Shown here: positions 27,323-35,504 of the stretch, one piece after another
How the letters are laid out: each line of letters starts with the position of its first letter
Position numbering within the stretch: the first letter of the stretch is position 1
The notes under the pieces: generated by a model
Told to the model about the DNA's origin: nothing
The model's input: only the letters and a program-made list of their open reading frames with translations
Databases searched by the model: none
Origin: an uncultured Gammaproteobacteria bacterium
GTDB taxonomy: Bacteria > Patescibacteriota > Microgenomatia > Levybacterales > GWA1-39-11
NCBI GenBank assembly: GCA_964504535.1
Contig: CAZDED010000003.1
Coordinates: 6,850 to 70,849 of the forward strand
DNA: 64,000 nt
Direction: 5' to 3'
Position numbers and translations under genes: made by a program

Positions 27323-28975
27323 CTAGTTTTTTGGACCTCCTTCTTGCGATGGGTCTGGGGGTGTTGGTGCAATGGGAGCAACTGAGGCCGTTGCGTGTTG
27401 AGGAGCAGCAGCCGGTTGTTGGATGGGTGGGGCTACGGATGGAGTTACTACCTGATGAGTAGGCTGTGCTAGTGGCACTTCGGCGAATTGTGGTTGTACT
27501 ATCTCAGCCCCTTTTATAGCCATTGCAAGAAGTGCATCTTTGTTATCCATGACTTTTTTGTTAAAGTCTTTCAGGTCATTTGTGGCAGTTACATCATACA
27601 ATATTTTTTGTCTACCCCTATCGTAAAATGCTGTTATTAAGCCCCTTTTAACGTCTTCGAGATCCTCAACTTTTTCAATCAGATTTTGCAGTATCAGTGA
27701 AATGACTACCAACTGCACAATACGCGGAACAGATTCTTGATACGGCTGGTTAAAGAATTTTTGGATCAGCTCACCGAGTCTCAAGTTCTTCTTCACATCC
27801 TCTGTCAACTCTTGTCCAAAGTGAGATATATTTTGGAGCTTGTCATTTTGAGAAATAAAAGCTGTCAATTCTTTGTTGATTTCTCTGGTCAATTTGTCCA
27901 AAGTCTGACGTCCAACACGAGTAACAGAAAGTGGGATATTAACTGCCGGACGCATGCCCTGAAAATAGATGTTACTATCCAGATAGATGTGCCCATCTGT
28001 AATTCCCATTACATTTGTAGCAATGTAACCGGTAAAGTCACCTTCAACAATTTCTATAACGGGAAGACACGTCAGGCTGACTTCACCTTTCGTTTTATGT
28101 TTGAAATTTCCACCACGCTCGAGTAACCTTGAATGGACATAGAAAATGTCACCGGGATATGAGTCACGACCAGGGAATCTACGTGCAAGCAGGGAAATTT
28201 CGCGATAAAATTTTGCGTGAGAGGAAAGGTCGTCTAATATCAAAAGGGAATCAGTCCCTTGTTCTTTGAAATACTCAGCTATAGTCATCGCAGCATACGG
28301 GGTCTGGTAAATAAGGGTCGGTGAGTCATAAGAGCTTGTCGCGACAATAATAATCTTATCCATTATCTTTTCCTCAATAAAATATTGCTGAAGTTTTTTG
28401 ATATCACTTTTCTTTTTAGCAATAGCAGCATAAATCACAGTATTTCCTTCAAAAATTTGAGTCTTTATGATATTCATGATAAGAGATGTTTTTCCTGTCT
28501 TTCTATCCCCGATAAGAAGCTCACGTTGCCCACGCCCAAGTGGGATCATAAGATCCAAAAGTGCAACACCGGTCACCAGTTGCTTTGTGATCTTTTGCCT
28601 TCCAGAAATTCCAACGGGCTTTGCTTCAATGTCTCGCATTGTTGTGGGAGGAGTGAAAGGAATACTGGGATCCAAAGGCTCGCCTAATGGATTAATGGCA
28701 TGTCCCAAAAGTTCAGGTCCAACAGGGACAGAAAGTAGGGTGTCAGTTCTTGTAACCATGGTTCCAACTCTGACAGGCTCATGTGAAAAAACACGAGCCT
28801 CAACTTTGCCTCTATTGATAGCAAATACTTCAGCTTTCTGACCGGTCTCAAAAAGTATAACTTCGTGTGTTCTTACCTTTGGCAACCCTTCTATAAATGC
28901 GATAGGATGACTGACCTGATAGACAACACCGTATTCCCCTGATTTTTGTAAAAGTTCGTTGAATTGAGCGTTCAT
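27323..28975 (-). CDS. atpA: F-type ATP synthase alpha subunit with a P/Q/A-rich C-terminal tail
   Basis: Walker A GDRKTGKTS, F1-alpha-like throughout. The tail reads ...PTHQVVTPSVAPPIQQPAAAPQHATASVAPIAPTPPDPSQEGGPKN. Confidence 0.9.
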   Translation of the reverse strand: MNAQFNELLQKSGEYGVVYQVSHPIAFIEGLPKVRTHEVILFETGQKAEVFAINRGKVEARVFSHEPVRVGTMVTRTDTLLSVPVGPELLGHAINPLGEPLDPSIPFTPPTTMRDIEAKPVGISGRQKITKQLVTGVALLDLMIPLGRGQRELLIGDRKTGKTSLIMNIIKTQIFEGNTVIYAAIAKKKSDIKKLQQYFIEEKIMDKIIIVATSSYDSPTLIYQTPYAAMTIAEYFKEQGTDSLLILDDLSSHAKFYREISLLARRFPGRDSYPGDIFYVHSRLLERGGNFKHKTKGEVSLTCLPVIEIVEGDFTGYIATNVMGITDGHIYLDSNIYFQGMRPAVNIPLSVTRVGRQTLDKLTREINKELTAFISQNDKLQNISHFGQELTEDVKKNLRLGELIQKFFNQPYQESVPRIVQLVVISLILQNLIEKVEDLEDVKRGLITAFYDRGRQKILYDVTATNDLKDFNKKVMDNKDALLAMAIKGAEIVQPQFAEVPLAQPTHQVVTPSVAPPIQQPAAAPQHATASVAPIAPTPPDPSQEGGPKN

Positions 28976-29514
28976 TATTGTTGTTTTGGTGGTAGTGTCA
29001 CCATGCCTGATGACACAAGCATTTCGCTAGTGACTTTGGTTAAAGTTGGTCGTATAGAAAAATCCAGATATTTACCACCAGATTTGATAGCAGCTCCAGC
29101 AACAAGTGACTTATCCACACTCACATCAAAAAGTACCTGCTTGTTAACATTGATAACAAACCATCTTGAAAATGCCTGAAGCGTCTCCTCCTTAGGCTCA
29201 AATGCAAGAATCAGAGAAATAATAGGAAGGCTTGTGATTTTTACTTGGATCTTTTCTATAAAATCTTTGATGGCTAGTCGAGACTCTGGATTTACATTGT
29301 TGTTGCGAAGAAGGGTCATGAAAGCATCTTTTTTCTTGATACCAAAATTATCCAGAAGTGCGGCCTCAGGATTGAATTGAGTCGCAAATATTTTTGAGGA
29401 AATAACAGTTAGACGATTTGCAAAATCTTCAGCCTGTGCTTTTGTGTTAAATAAATCTGATAGGTCAAGTGTATCCATATTAGTCAAATAATCCGTCTTT
29501 TTTGGCTCTTTCAA
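28975..29514 (-). CDS. atpH: F-type ATP synthase delta (OSCP) subunit
   Basis: 179 aa. The C-terminal VAGAAIKSGGKYLDFSIRPTL resembles the OSCP C-terminus. There is an ATGA start/stop overlap with atpA, and the gene sits between b and alpha. Confidence 0.6.
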   Translation of the reverse strand: MKEPKKTDYLTNMDTLDLSDLFNTKAQAEDFANRLTVISSKIFATQFNPEAALLDNFGIKKKDAFMTLLRNNNVNPESRLAIKDFIEKIQVKITSLPIISLILAFEPKEETLQAFSRWFVINVNKQVLFDVSVDKSLVAGAAIKSGGKYLDFSIRPTLTKVTSEMLVSSGMVTLPPKQQ

Positions 29515-30220
29515 GCGACTTTATAACCAAATTTTGATGATCCTCTAAAGATAGTGACTTGTTGAGGATCTCTTGTGCCACTTTTTGTACAATCCCATTA
29601 CTTGCTTGCTCAATCCTATGCATCTTTGCGGTCTTATAAGTCTCAATTTCTTTTTCAAGATTGGTCAGTAACGTCTGTCTAAAGTCTCGTATCTGCTGCT
29701 GCAGTGCAAGCTCCAGTTCACTGGTAACATTTTGAAACCCGCTCAGTGACAGTGTCGTTATTTGCTTCAAAGAGGCTTGGTAGCTTGCAGTAAAAGCGTT
29801 TCCGGTGTTATATGCTTCTTTATGAACATCAATTACTATCTTTTGTAGGGCAGTCTCAAGAGACATTTTTGAGCTAGAACTCACATTGCCAACGTCAACT
29901 ACCATCCGCTCCAGAGCATTGTCCAATGATGCCTTTGATGTCTGGCTGATGTACTGAGCACCTGCAAGCACCTGGTTGGCCTGATGGGTCGCAATCTGCA
30001 TGATCTGATTGGACTGATTGACTGCGTTATCAAGTATCTGACGCTCACGAGCCATCCCATTGCCGACGATCTCGCTATAGTCAGACTCAAGCTTATTCTC
30101 ACGCTTGTCGATGTTTTTTTCTTTATTTCTTACTCCAAGCAGGTAAAAAACAACAAAAACAACGATTACCAGGTCAAACACGACACTAATAACCTGGAAG
30201 AGCAGGTTGGGCATATACAT
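29480..30220 (-). CDS. atpF: F-type ATP synthase subunit b, unusually long at 246 aa
   Basis: Single N-terminal TM helix (LLFQVISVVFDLVIVVFVVFYLLG) followed by a long charged helical region. It is the first gene of the atp cluster. Confidence 0.55.
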   Translation of the reverse strand: MYMPNLLFQVISVVFDLVIVVFVVFYLLGVRNKEKNIDKRENKLESDYSEIVGNGMARERQILDNAVNQSNQIMQIATHQANQVLAGAQYISQTSKASLDNALERMVVDVGNVSSSSKMSLETALQKIVIDVHKEAYNTGNAFTASYQASLKQITTLSLSGFQNVTSELELALQQQIRDFRQTLLTNLEKEIETYKTAKMHRIEQASNGIVQKVAQEILNKSLSLEDHQNLVIKSLERAKKDGLFD

Positions 30221-30366
30221 CCATAGTACGGTAAAACGTGAATTTTGTGAAGATGTCAGTATATATAACTGAAGATAGAAGTGGATTTTGAGGTCATTAG
30301 GCCTATAACTTTTCGCGCCCTACAAACCCCACAGACCTATAGGTTGCATGCTGTATAATTACTGTT

Positions 30367-30594
30367 ATGCAAGCAGAAGTAAAAGTCATTCATCTCTTAG
30401 GACCTATGGGGGGAGGGAAGGGTACTGTTGCTCAATTTTTAAAGCATGTGTACGGATTTACTGTATTCAATCTTTCACAAATAGTAAAAGAAGCGACTAT
30501 AGAGAAAGGATTGGATCTTAATCGAGACAACATGAATTCAGTGTATGATGAACTCAAAAGTACTTTTGGAAACAATATTGTAGCAAGAAAATAG
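30367..30594 (+). CDS. P-loop nucleotide/nucleoside kinase-like protein, N-terminal fragment ending at TAG 30592-30594
   Basis: Walker A LLGPMGGGKGTVAQFL. Confidence 0.5.
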   Translation: MQAEVKVIHLLGPMGGGKGTVAQFLKHVYGFTVFNLSQIVKEATIEKGLDLNRDNMNSVYDELKSTFGNNIVARK

Positions 30595-30662
30595 TAGAAA
30601 AGGCTGGGGACACTGAAAAAATCGTTTTTGATGGCTCTCGAGACGTAGAGGAGGCAAAATAT

Positions 30663-30908
30663 ATGCGAGAAAAGTTTCCAAATATTTTATCTCTCTATAT
30701 CGACGCTGAAAGAGAAATCAGAATGCAAAGAATTCTTACAAGACAACGCGATATTGATAGTGGAGACCTTGAAAAATTGTTTGAAAAAGACAATGAATAT
30801 GTACTTTCAAGCAAAGATGTTGAAGGGGTAATTGTGATACCAAATAATGAATCAAAAGAAGAGCTTTATTCTAAAATTCGAAACTTTTTTACTAACAATC
30901 AGTTATAA
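30663..30908 (+). CDS. C-terminal part of the same kinase-like protein, in the -1 frame
   Basis: The frame is open from 30552 and encodes ...KIVEKKAGDTEKIVFDGSRDVEEAKYMREKF...IDAEREIRMQRILTR, typical of the CoaE, cytidylate kinase and adenylate kinase fold. Together with the upstream fragment it would make one roughly 175-aa kinase. Confidence 0.45.
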   Translation: MREKFPNILSLYIDAEREIRMQRILTRQRDIDSGDLEKLFEKDNEYVLSSKDVEGVIVIPNNESKEELYSKIRNFFTNNQL

Positions 30909-30928
30909 TTTCTTACACATGAAAGGGG

Positions 30929-31354
30929 GTGAACTACATGACAAAACTTAATCCTTATATAAATTTCAAAGATAACACACGAGAGGCTATGGAATTCTAC
31001 AAATCAGTATTTGGTGGAGAGCTCACCATGAGCACTTTTAAAGAAGGTATGGGTCAAGACGGACCAGAGGCAGATCTGATAATGCATGCCATGCTTATCG
31101 TCGGACCTGAAATGACACTTATGGCATCTGACACTCCATCTCATATGGAATACAAACCAGCTGCTGGAATCGGGATGTCTTTGAGTGGTGAAAGTTCTGA
31201 TGAAGAACAACTTACCAGTTATTGGAACAAACTGTCAGTTGGTGGAACACCATTCATGCCACTTGGAAAAGCTCCATGGGGAGATACATTTGGAATGTTG
31301 ACAGACAAATTCGGTATCAACTGGATGGTAAATATTGCAGGCAAGAAAGAATAA
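30929..31354 (+). CDS. PhnB-like / VOC (glyoxalase-bleomycin resistance) superfamily protein
   Basis: YINFKDNTREAMEFYKSVFGGEL near the N-terminus and overall COG2764-like. The start could be at the downstream Met at 30938. Confidence 0.5.
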   Translation: MNYMTKLNPYINFKDNTREAMEFYKSVFGGELTMSTFKEGMGQDGPEADLIMHAMLIVGPEMTLMASDTPSHMEYKPAAGIGMSLSGESSDEEQLTSYWNKLSVGGTPFMPLGKAPWGDTFGMLTDKFGINWMVNIAGKKE

Positions 31355-31374
31355 AATTTCTTGATTTTGTAACT

Positions 31375-31404
31375 AAAAAAGCTCACGTACTGTGAGCTTT
31401 TTTG
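31375..31404. terminator. Bidirectional rho-independent terminator
   Basis: Sequence aaaaaaGCTCACgtactGTGAGCtttttt: a perfect 6-bp GC-containing stem with a 5-nt loop, an A-run before it and a T-run after it. It lies between the convergent genes at 30929..31354 (+) and 31415..32536 (-). Confidence 0.7.
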
Positions 31405-31414
31405 ATGAGAAGCG

Positions 31415-32536
31415 TTACTTCTTTACATGCTTTTTCATGCTTACTACATAAGCCGTCAAAAGAGTAGTTATAGGAACGGCTAAAATTAATCCAATACTCG
31501 AAACAAGGGTTCTGATAATCTCTTCAGCAATCACTTCATGGTTGATGACTTGTCCAAAAGGTCTAGAACTATTTACAAAAAGTAAAAGTAATGGCATTGC
31601 AGCCCCTGTATATACCAGGACAAGCGTATTTACGACTGAGGCTATATGATCCCTTCCAACATCCATTGCATGTAGATACAAATCCTTAAATCCAAGAGTG
31701 GGGGATAGCTTCTTTAGCTGATATACAACCGCGGCTTGAGATACAGTAATATCATCCAAAATTCCCAGTACACTTACAATAATACCTGCCAAAAGCAGCC
31801 CTTTAATATTTATCTGTCCGTTCATTTCATTTTGTAAAAACCCAGCCTCTTCAGAAGCAAAACCGGTAAGGCGTGCTGCTTCAACAAAAACATTGGCAAG
31901 TATTCCAGTTAATACTAAGGCAATAAAAGTACCAATAATTGCGGAAGTTGTTTTTCTATTGATTCCATGCGATAGATAAAAGGTAACAGGTATGATAGCA
32001 ATTGACGCAATAACAGCTATCAAAATTGGGTCACGTCCTTGCGATATCTGCGGAAGAATAAAAGAAAAAATTATCAGGAAAGAAAATGCCATTCCAACAA
32101 GGGCAAGAATGCCTCTTTTTAGTCCTATCACAACAGCAACAACAAGAAAGAAAAAGAAAAGTAGGTAAAGGGAGTCACGCCTGATGTAGTCCTGGATAAA
32201 GTATTTGTCATTACCTTCAAAGTCTTTCGTTGCTGTAACTATCACTTTGTCTCCCGCTTTATATTCAGGTACATTTACACGTTGAATGTCACCGTTTTCA
32301 ACCGTTATATTTTTACCTTTTATCGATCCGTCAGTAACAATAAGCTGCAGGGTTTGATGAAGTTGTTCACGGCCATCTACATCTATTGTTTTTCCCTCCG
32401 CAACATCGGTTACCGTAGCCTCAATTGTTTCATTTTTTGGGGGTGGTGGACCTTGAGAATAAGTTGTGGAAGGAAAGATAAATAAAAAGGAAAAGGTGGC
32501 AATAAGCAACCATATTTTCAATTTCATACTCTCCAT
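31415..32536 (-). CDS. YibE/F-family polytopic membrane protein (signal peptide, N-terminal extracytoplasmic domain, multi-TM C-terminal domain)
   Basis: MESMKLKIWLLIATFSFLFIFPSTTYSQ is a signal peptide. A soluble domain of about 110 aa follows, then 7-8 TM segments. The ORF runs to 32665, but the ATG at 32536 gives a sensible signal peptide. Confidence 0.45.
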   Translation of the reverse strand: MESMKLKIWLLIATFSFLFIFPSTTYSQGPPPPKNETIEATVTDVAEGKTIDVDGREQLHQTLQLIVTDGSIKGKNITVENGDIQRVNVPEYKAGDKVIVTATKDFEGNDKYFIQDYIRRDSLYLLFFFFLVVAVVIGLKRGILALVGMAFSFLIIFSFILPQISQGRDPILIAVIASIAIIPVTFYLSHGINRKTTSAIIGTFIALVLTGILANVFVEAARLTGFASEEAGFLQNEMNGQINIKGLLLAGIIVSVLGILDDITVSQAAVVYQLKKLSPTLGFKDLYLHAMDVGRDHIASVVNTLVLVYTGAAMPLLLLFVNSSRPFGQVINHEVIAEEIIRTLVSSIGLILAVPITTLLTAYVVSMKKHVKK

Positions 32537-32679
32537 TTTACCATTATGAAAGAGGGGGGGGTGGAATGAGATTTCTGTCTTCCAAAAAATTCTAATTTTG
32601 TTTAGCCAATTTACTACAGTGTAGTGTAGCGATATAAGAATTTTTTTGTTCTTTTGCCGACACAAAAGAACAAGACAAT

Positions 32680-33510
32680 TTATAGTCTTAATATCAAAAA
32701 TGCTACACCAAGACCTGCAAGGGCAATTGCGGCAACTATGGTGACATTGAAAATAATGCCAAGATGAATGATGCGACTTGCTGCTGGATTGCGACCCAAT
32801 GCCTCAACCCCCTTTGCTGCAGCCCTTCCAAAACTCAAAAATCCTAAGACCATCGACCCCAACACTACAATTGCAGCCATAATATATTTGAAGATTGCGG
32901 AAGGTCCTTCTTTTGTGGGAGTCAGCACTAATTTAAAAACATCTGAAAGAGTGCCCGGAAAAGTCGGCTTGGAATTGAAATAGTGAAGGTCTAGACTTAT
33001 CGCTATTTTGTCAGTCGCTTTTTTATTTGAGTTTGTATAGTCCTCAGCCGCAGTTCCCAACACATACCCCTCCTTAGTCGCTTTGACTGCAACCCCAGGC
33101 ATAGTTGATGATGTGACAAGATCTCCCTTTTTTATGTTCCCCTCGAGGGATGAGACATACACATAGGTTGTTCCTGTCGAAATGACCGGCACACCATTTG
33201 TGATGTTTGTCGTATTTATGATAATAGCCGCATCCCGTGCCACAACCCCAAGGACCTGAGAATCGTATGGTATAACTGATGCCACAGCTCCTTTAGATCC
33301 AGCGGAAAGAACAACTCCATCCTTCACATTCTTATCTTTAACATCAACCATATGCGCAACTCCAAGTGTTGCACCTGTGTCAGTCGTTGCGTTAACGGCA
33401 GGGGTTGCTGTTTGGGCGTAGGAAACAGGAATAAAGAGGAAAGAATTAAGAATTAACGATAGGAAATAGAGGATAAGGGAAAAAATAAGTTTAGAAACGA
33501 AGAAACGCAT
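32680..33510 (-). CDS. Secreted Thr-rich protein with a C-terminal two-helix membrane hairpin that resembles an ATP-synthase c subunit but lacks the carboxylate
   Basis: N-terminal signal peptide, then a roughly 190-aa Thr/Ser/Val-rich domain. The C-terminal AAKGVEALGRNPAASRIIHLGIIFNVTIVAAIALAGLGVAFLIL aligns to the c-subunit loop and second helix ([13 protein letters not shown]....[12 protein letters not shown]), with Ala where the ion-binding Glu/Asp normally sits. Confidence 0.35.
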   Translation of the reverse strand: MRFFVSKLIFSLILYFLSLILNSFLFIPVSYAQTATPAVNATTDTGATLGVAHMVDVKDKNVKDGVVLSAGSKGAVASVIPYDSQVLGVVARDAAIIINTTNITNGVPVISTGTTYVYVSSLEGNIKKGDLVTSSTMPGVAVKATKEGYVLGTAAEDYTNSNKKATDKIAISLDLHYFNSKPTFPGTLSDVFKLVLTPTKEGPSAIFKYIMAAIVVLGSMVLGFLSFGRAAAKGVEALGRNPAASRIIHLGIIFNVTIVAAIALAGLGVAFLILRL

Positions 33511-33529
33511 ATATTTATTTTAGCATTTA

Positions 33530-34549
33530 TTAAGTGCCTTTAAGAACTCCCAGCAGACTATCAAGAGGGATCGTCGCAACGCCTATCACTGAATCGGCTC
33601 CACCATAATAAAGATAGATAACACCCCCAAGTACTGCCGCTCCACACGAAAATATTACATTGGGTACTTGTCCTTGCTGCTCATAATCCATCTCTGGCTC
33701 CAAAAGGGGCTTCTCGGTTCTACCAAGTATTTTTTTCGGGTCTTCCAGGTCAAGAAGCATCGCACCTATCTTATACATAAATCCAGGATTACAAACTGCG
33801 TGATATATCAATATCCATCCTTCATCGGTCTCGATGGGTGGACCGGCAATTCCAATTTTTATATTATCCCAGTTGTCAGTTCTTGCTTGAGCCATGATTC
33901 CTCCTGTTAAATATTTAGTTTCGGGAAACTCAAGATCTCGCAAATCATCTAACCATATAACGTTACCCAGTCTATGGAAAGCGAAATACCCATCCCCTTT
34001 GGCTTTTTTTACGATACACGCATCTTTATCATCCACTCCCGGTGGTGAGATGAGTTTCGGACTATCCCAATTCCAGATTTTTGAAGTAAAATCACTTACT
34101 GAAATTGAAGTGAGGGCGACTCGTGGCGGACTTGTTCCATCATACGCAGTATAGGTCATGTAGAAGCGGTTACCGATTTTGGTAATCCGCGGATCTTCAC
34201 ATCCTGAATTCCAGCCCGGTTTTGTGCTCATCTCAAATGACTCACGAGGTACATAGATAGGTTGATCTAAATTCTCCTGTATGGTTACCCCATCAGTTGT
34301 TGAGGCATACCCAAAAACACTCACTCCATCAAGCGCTTGTGCTCTATAGATAAGGTGAATTTTACCTTCATACTGTACGACTGCAGGGTTGTACGTTGCC
34401 CTGGCTTTCCAAGGAAATTGAGAGTTGGGAGTAATGATTGGGCTTCCTTCATACCTTCTAAACTTCTCCTGAAAAATTCCATCCGTTGTTGTTCCTGATT
34501 GAGATGTATTATCATGATTTGAGGAACCAAATCCTAAAAATTCAAACAT
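33530..34549 (-). CDS. GH130-like glycoside hydrolase/phosphorylase (beta-mannoside phosphorylase family, 5-bladed propeller)
   Basis: GCEDPRITKIGNRFYMTYTAYDG and YLYYGGADSVIGVA. No signal peptide. Confidence 0.5.
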   Translation of the reverse strand: MFEFLGFGSSNHDNTSQSGTTTDGIFQEKFRRYEGSPIITPNSQFPWKARATYNPAVVQYEGKIHLIYRAQALDGVSVFGYASTTDGVTIQENLDQPIYVPRESFEMSTKPGWNSGCEDPRITKIGNRFYMTYTAYDGTSPPRVALTSISVSDFTSKIWNWDSPKLISPPGVDDKDACIVKKAKGDGYFAFHRLGNVIWLDDLRDLEFPETKYLTGGIMAQARTDNWDNIKIGIAGPPIETDEGWILIYHAVCNPGFMYKIGAMLLDLEDPKKILGRTEKPLLEPEMDYEQQGQVPNVIFSCGAAVLGGVIYLYYGGADSVIGVATIPLDSLLGVLKGT

Positions 34550-34596
34550 ATATCAATAGTAGCACTAATTGACCACCGTGGTAAAATCAGTGACAT

Positions 34597-34707
34597 ATGC
34601 AAAAAAATAAATTTAAGATGATTGTATCCGTCTATTTACTCCTTATGAAAGACGGTAAAATATATCTTCAAAAAAGAAAAGATACCGGGTTTCGGGATGG
34701 ACAATGA
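34597..34707 (+). pseudogene. N-terminal fragment of a Nudix hydrolase (MQKNKFKMIVSVYLLLMKDGKIYLQKRKDTGFRDGQ*), separated from its C-terminal part by a +1 frameshift
   Basis: Frame A stops at TGA 34705-34707. The Nudix continuation sits in the +1 frame and starts inside this fragment. Confidence 0.45.
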
Positions 34708-35107
34708 ATGGGGCCTTATTGCCGGGCATCACGATGGAAACCAAACTCTCAAAGAAGCAATGATACGGGAAGCAAAAGAGGAAGCAAACATCGATATTGC
34801 CCCACAAGATCTTCAGTTCGTACACGCTCTTCATAAAAACGAAAACGACGAGCGTCTTGAAATTTTTTTCAGAACCGAAAAATGGAAAGGGGAAGCCATT
34901 ATTGCTGAACCTCACAAGGCAGAGAGGGCAGAGTGGTTTGCTCCTGATCATCTTCCTGACAGAACCATAGACTACATAGCAGATGTTATAAAAATGTTAC
35001 AAAAAGTGAATATTACAGTGAATACGGATTTGATAAATCATGAATCAGCTTGCAACTCTTTGCTATCTCCAAAAAAATGGGCAGACACTGATGATTTGTC
35101 CTCATAA
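34697..35107 (+). CDS. Nudix hydrolase, C-terminal 136 aa containing the Nudix box
   Basis: Nudix box GHHDGNQTLKEAMIREAKEEANI. Its start overlaps the end of the upstream N-terminal fragment. Confidence 0.65.
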   Translation: MDNEWGLIAGHHDGNQTLKEAMIREAKEEANIDIAPQDLQFVHALHKNENDERLEIFFRTEKWKGEAIIAEPHKAERAEWFAPDHLPDRTIDYIADVIKMLQKVNITVNTDLINHESACNSLLSPKKWADTDDLSS

Positions 35108-35504
35108 AAAAAGGGTCACTGAATATAATGGAAAGTGGAACGGACTTGGAGGAAAAGTGCAAAATGGTGAAACGCCTGAGGAATGTGCAATACGTGAAGT
35201 ATACGAAGAGTCGAATTTGAAGGTAAAAAAACTCAAACTTGCCGGCATTCTCACGTTCCCGAAAATTTTTGATGACCAGGATTGGTACTGTTTTGTTTAT
35301 AAAAGTTCTGATTTTTCCGGAACCCTGAAAGAATCTGACGAGGGAAATCTGGAGTGGATAAAAAATACAGAAGTTACAAAAAGAAACATTTGGGAAGGAG
35401 ATCACCTATTCCTTCCGTATCTTTTCTCGGGAAAAAAATTTAACGGAAAATTTTTCTACAAAAATGACAAACTCCTCAAACACACAATTTCTATTATGGA
35501 GTAG
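35040..35504 (+). CDS. Nudix hydrolase (MutT/8-oxo-dGTPase-like)
   Basis: GKWNGLGGKVQNGETPEECAIREVYEESNL. It overlaps the previous Nudix gene by 68 nt. Confidence 0.7.
   Translation: MNQLATLCYLQKNGQTLMICPHKKRVTEYNGKWNGLGGKVQNGETPEECAIREVYEESNLKVKKLKLAGILTFPKIFDDQDWYCFVYKSSDFSGTLKESDEGNLEWIKNTEVTKRNIWEGDHLFLPYLFSGKKFNGKFFYKNDKLLKHTISIME

Noticed and set aside
30592-34707. Alternative genetic code (TGA or TAG recoding) as an explanation for the split kinase and Nudix genes
   Set aside because: The downstream parts are in different frames from the upstream parts, so read-through would not restore the proteins. All other genes terminate normally with TAA, TAG or TGA, and there are no in-frame TGA codons.
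34643-35405. Minus-strand ORFs 34643-34951 and 35013-35405
   Set aside because: Antisense to the Nudix genes. Cys/Phe-rich low-complexity translations.
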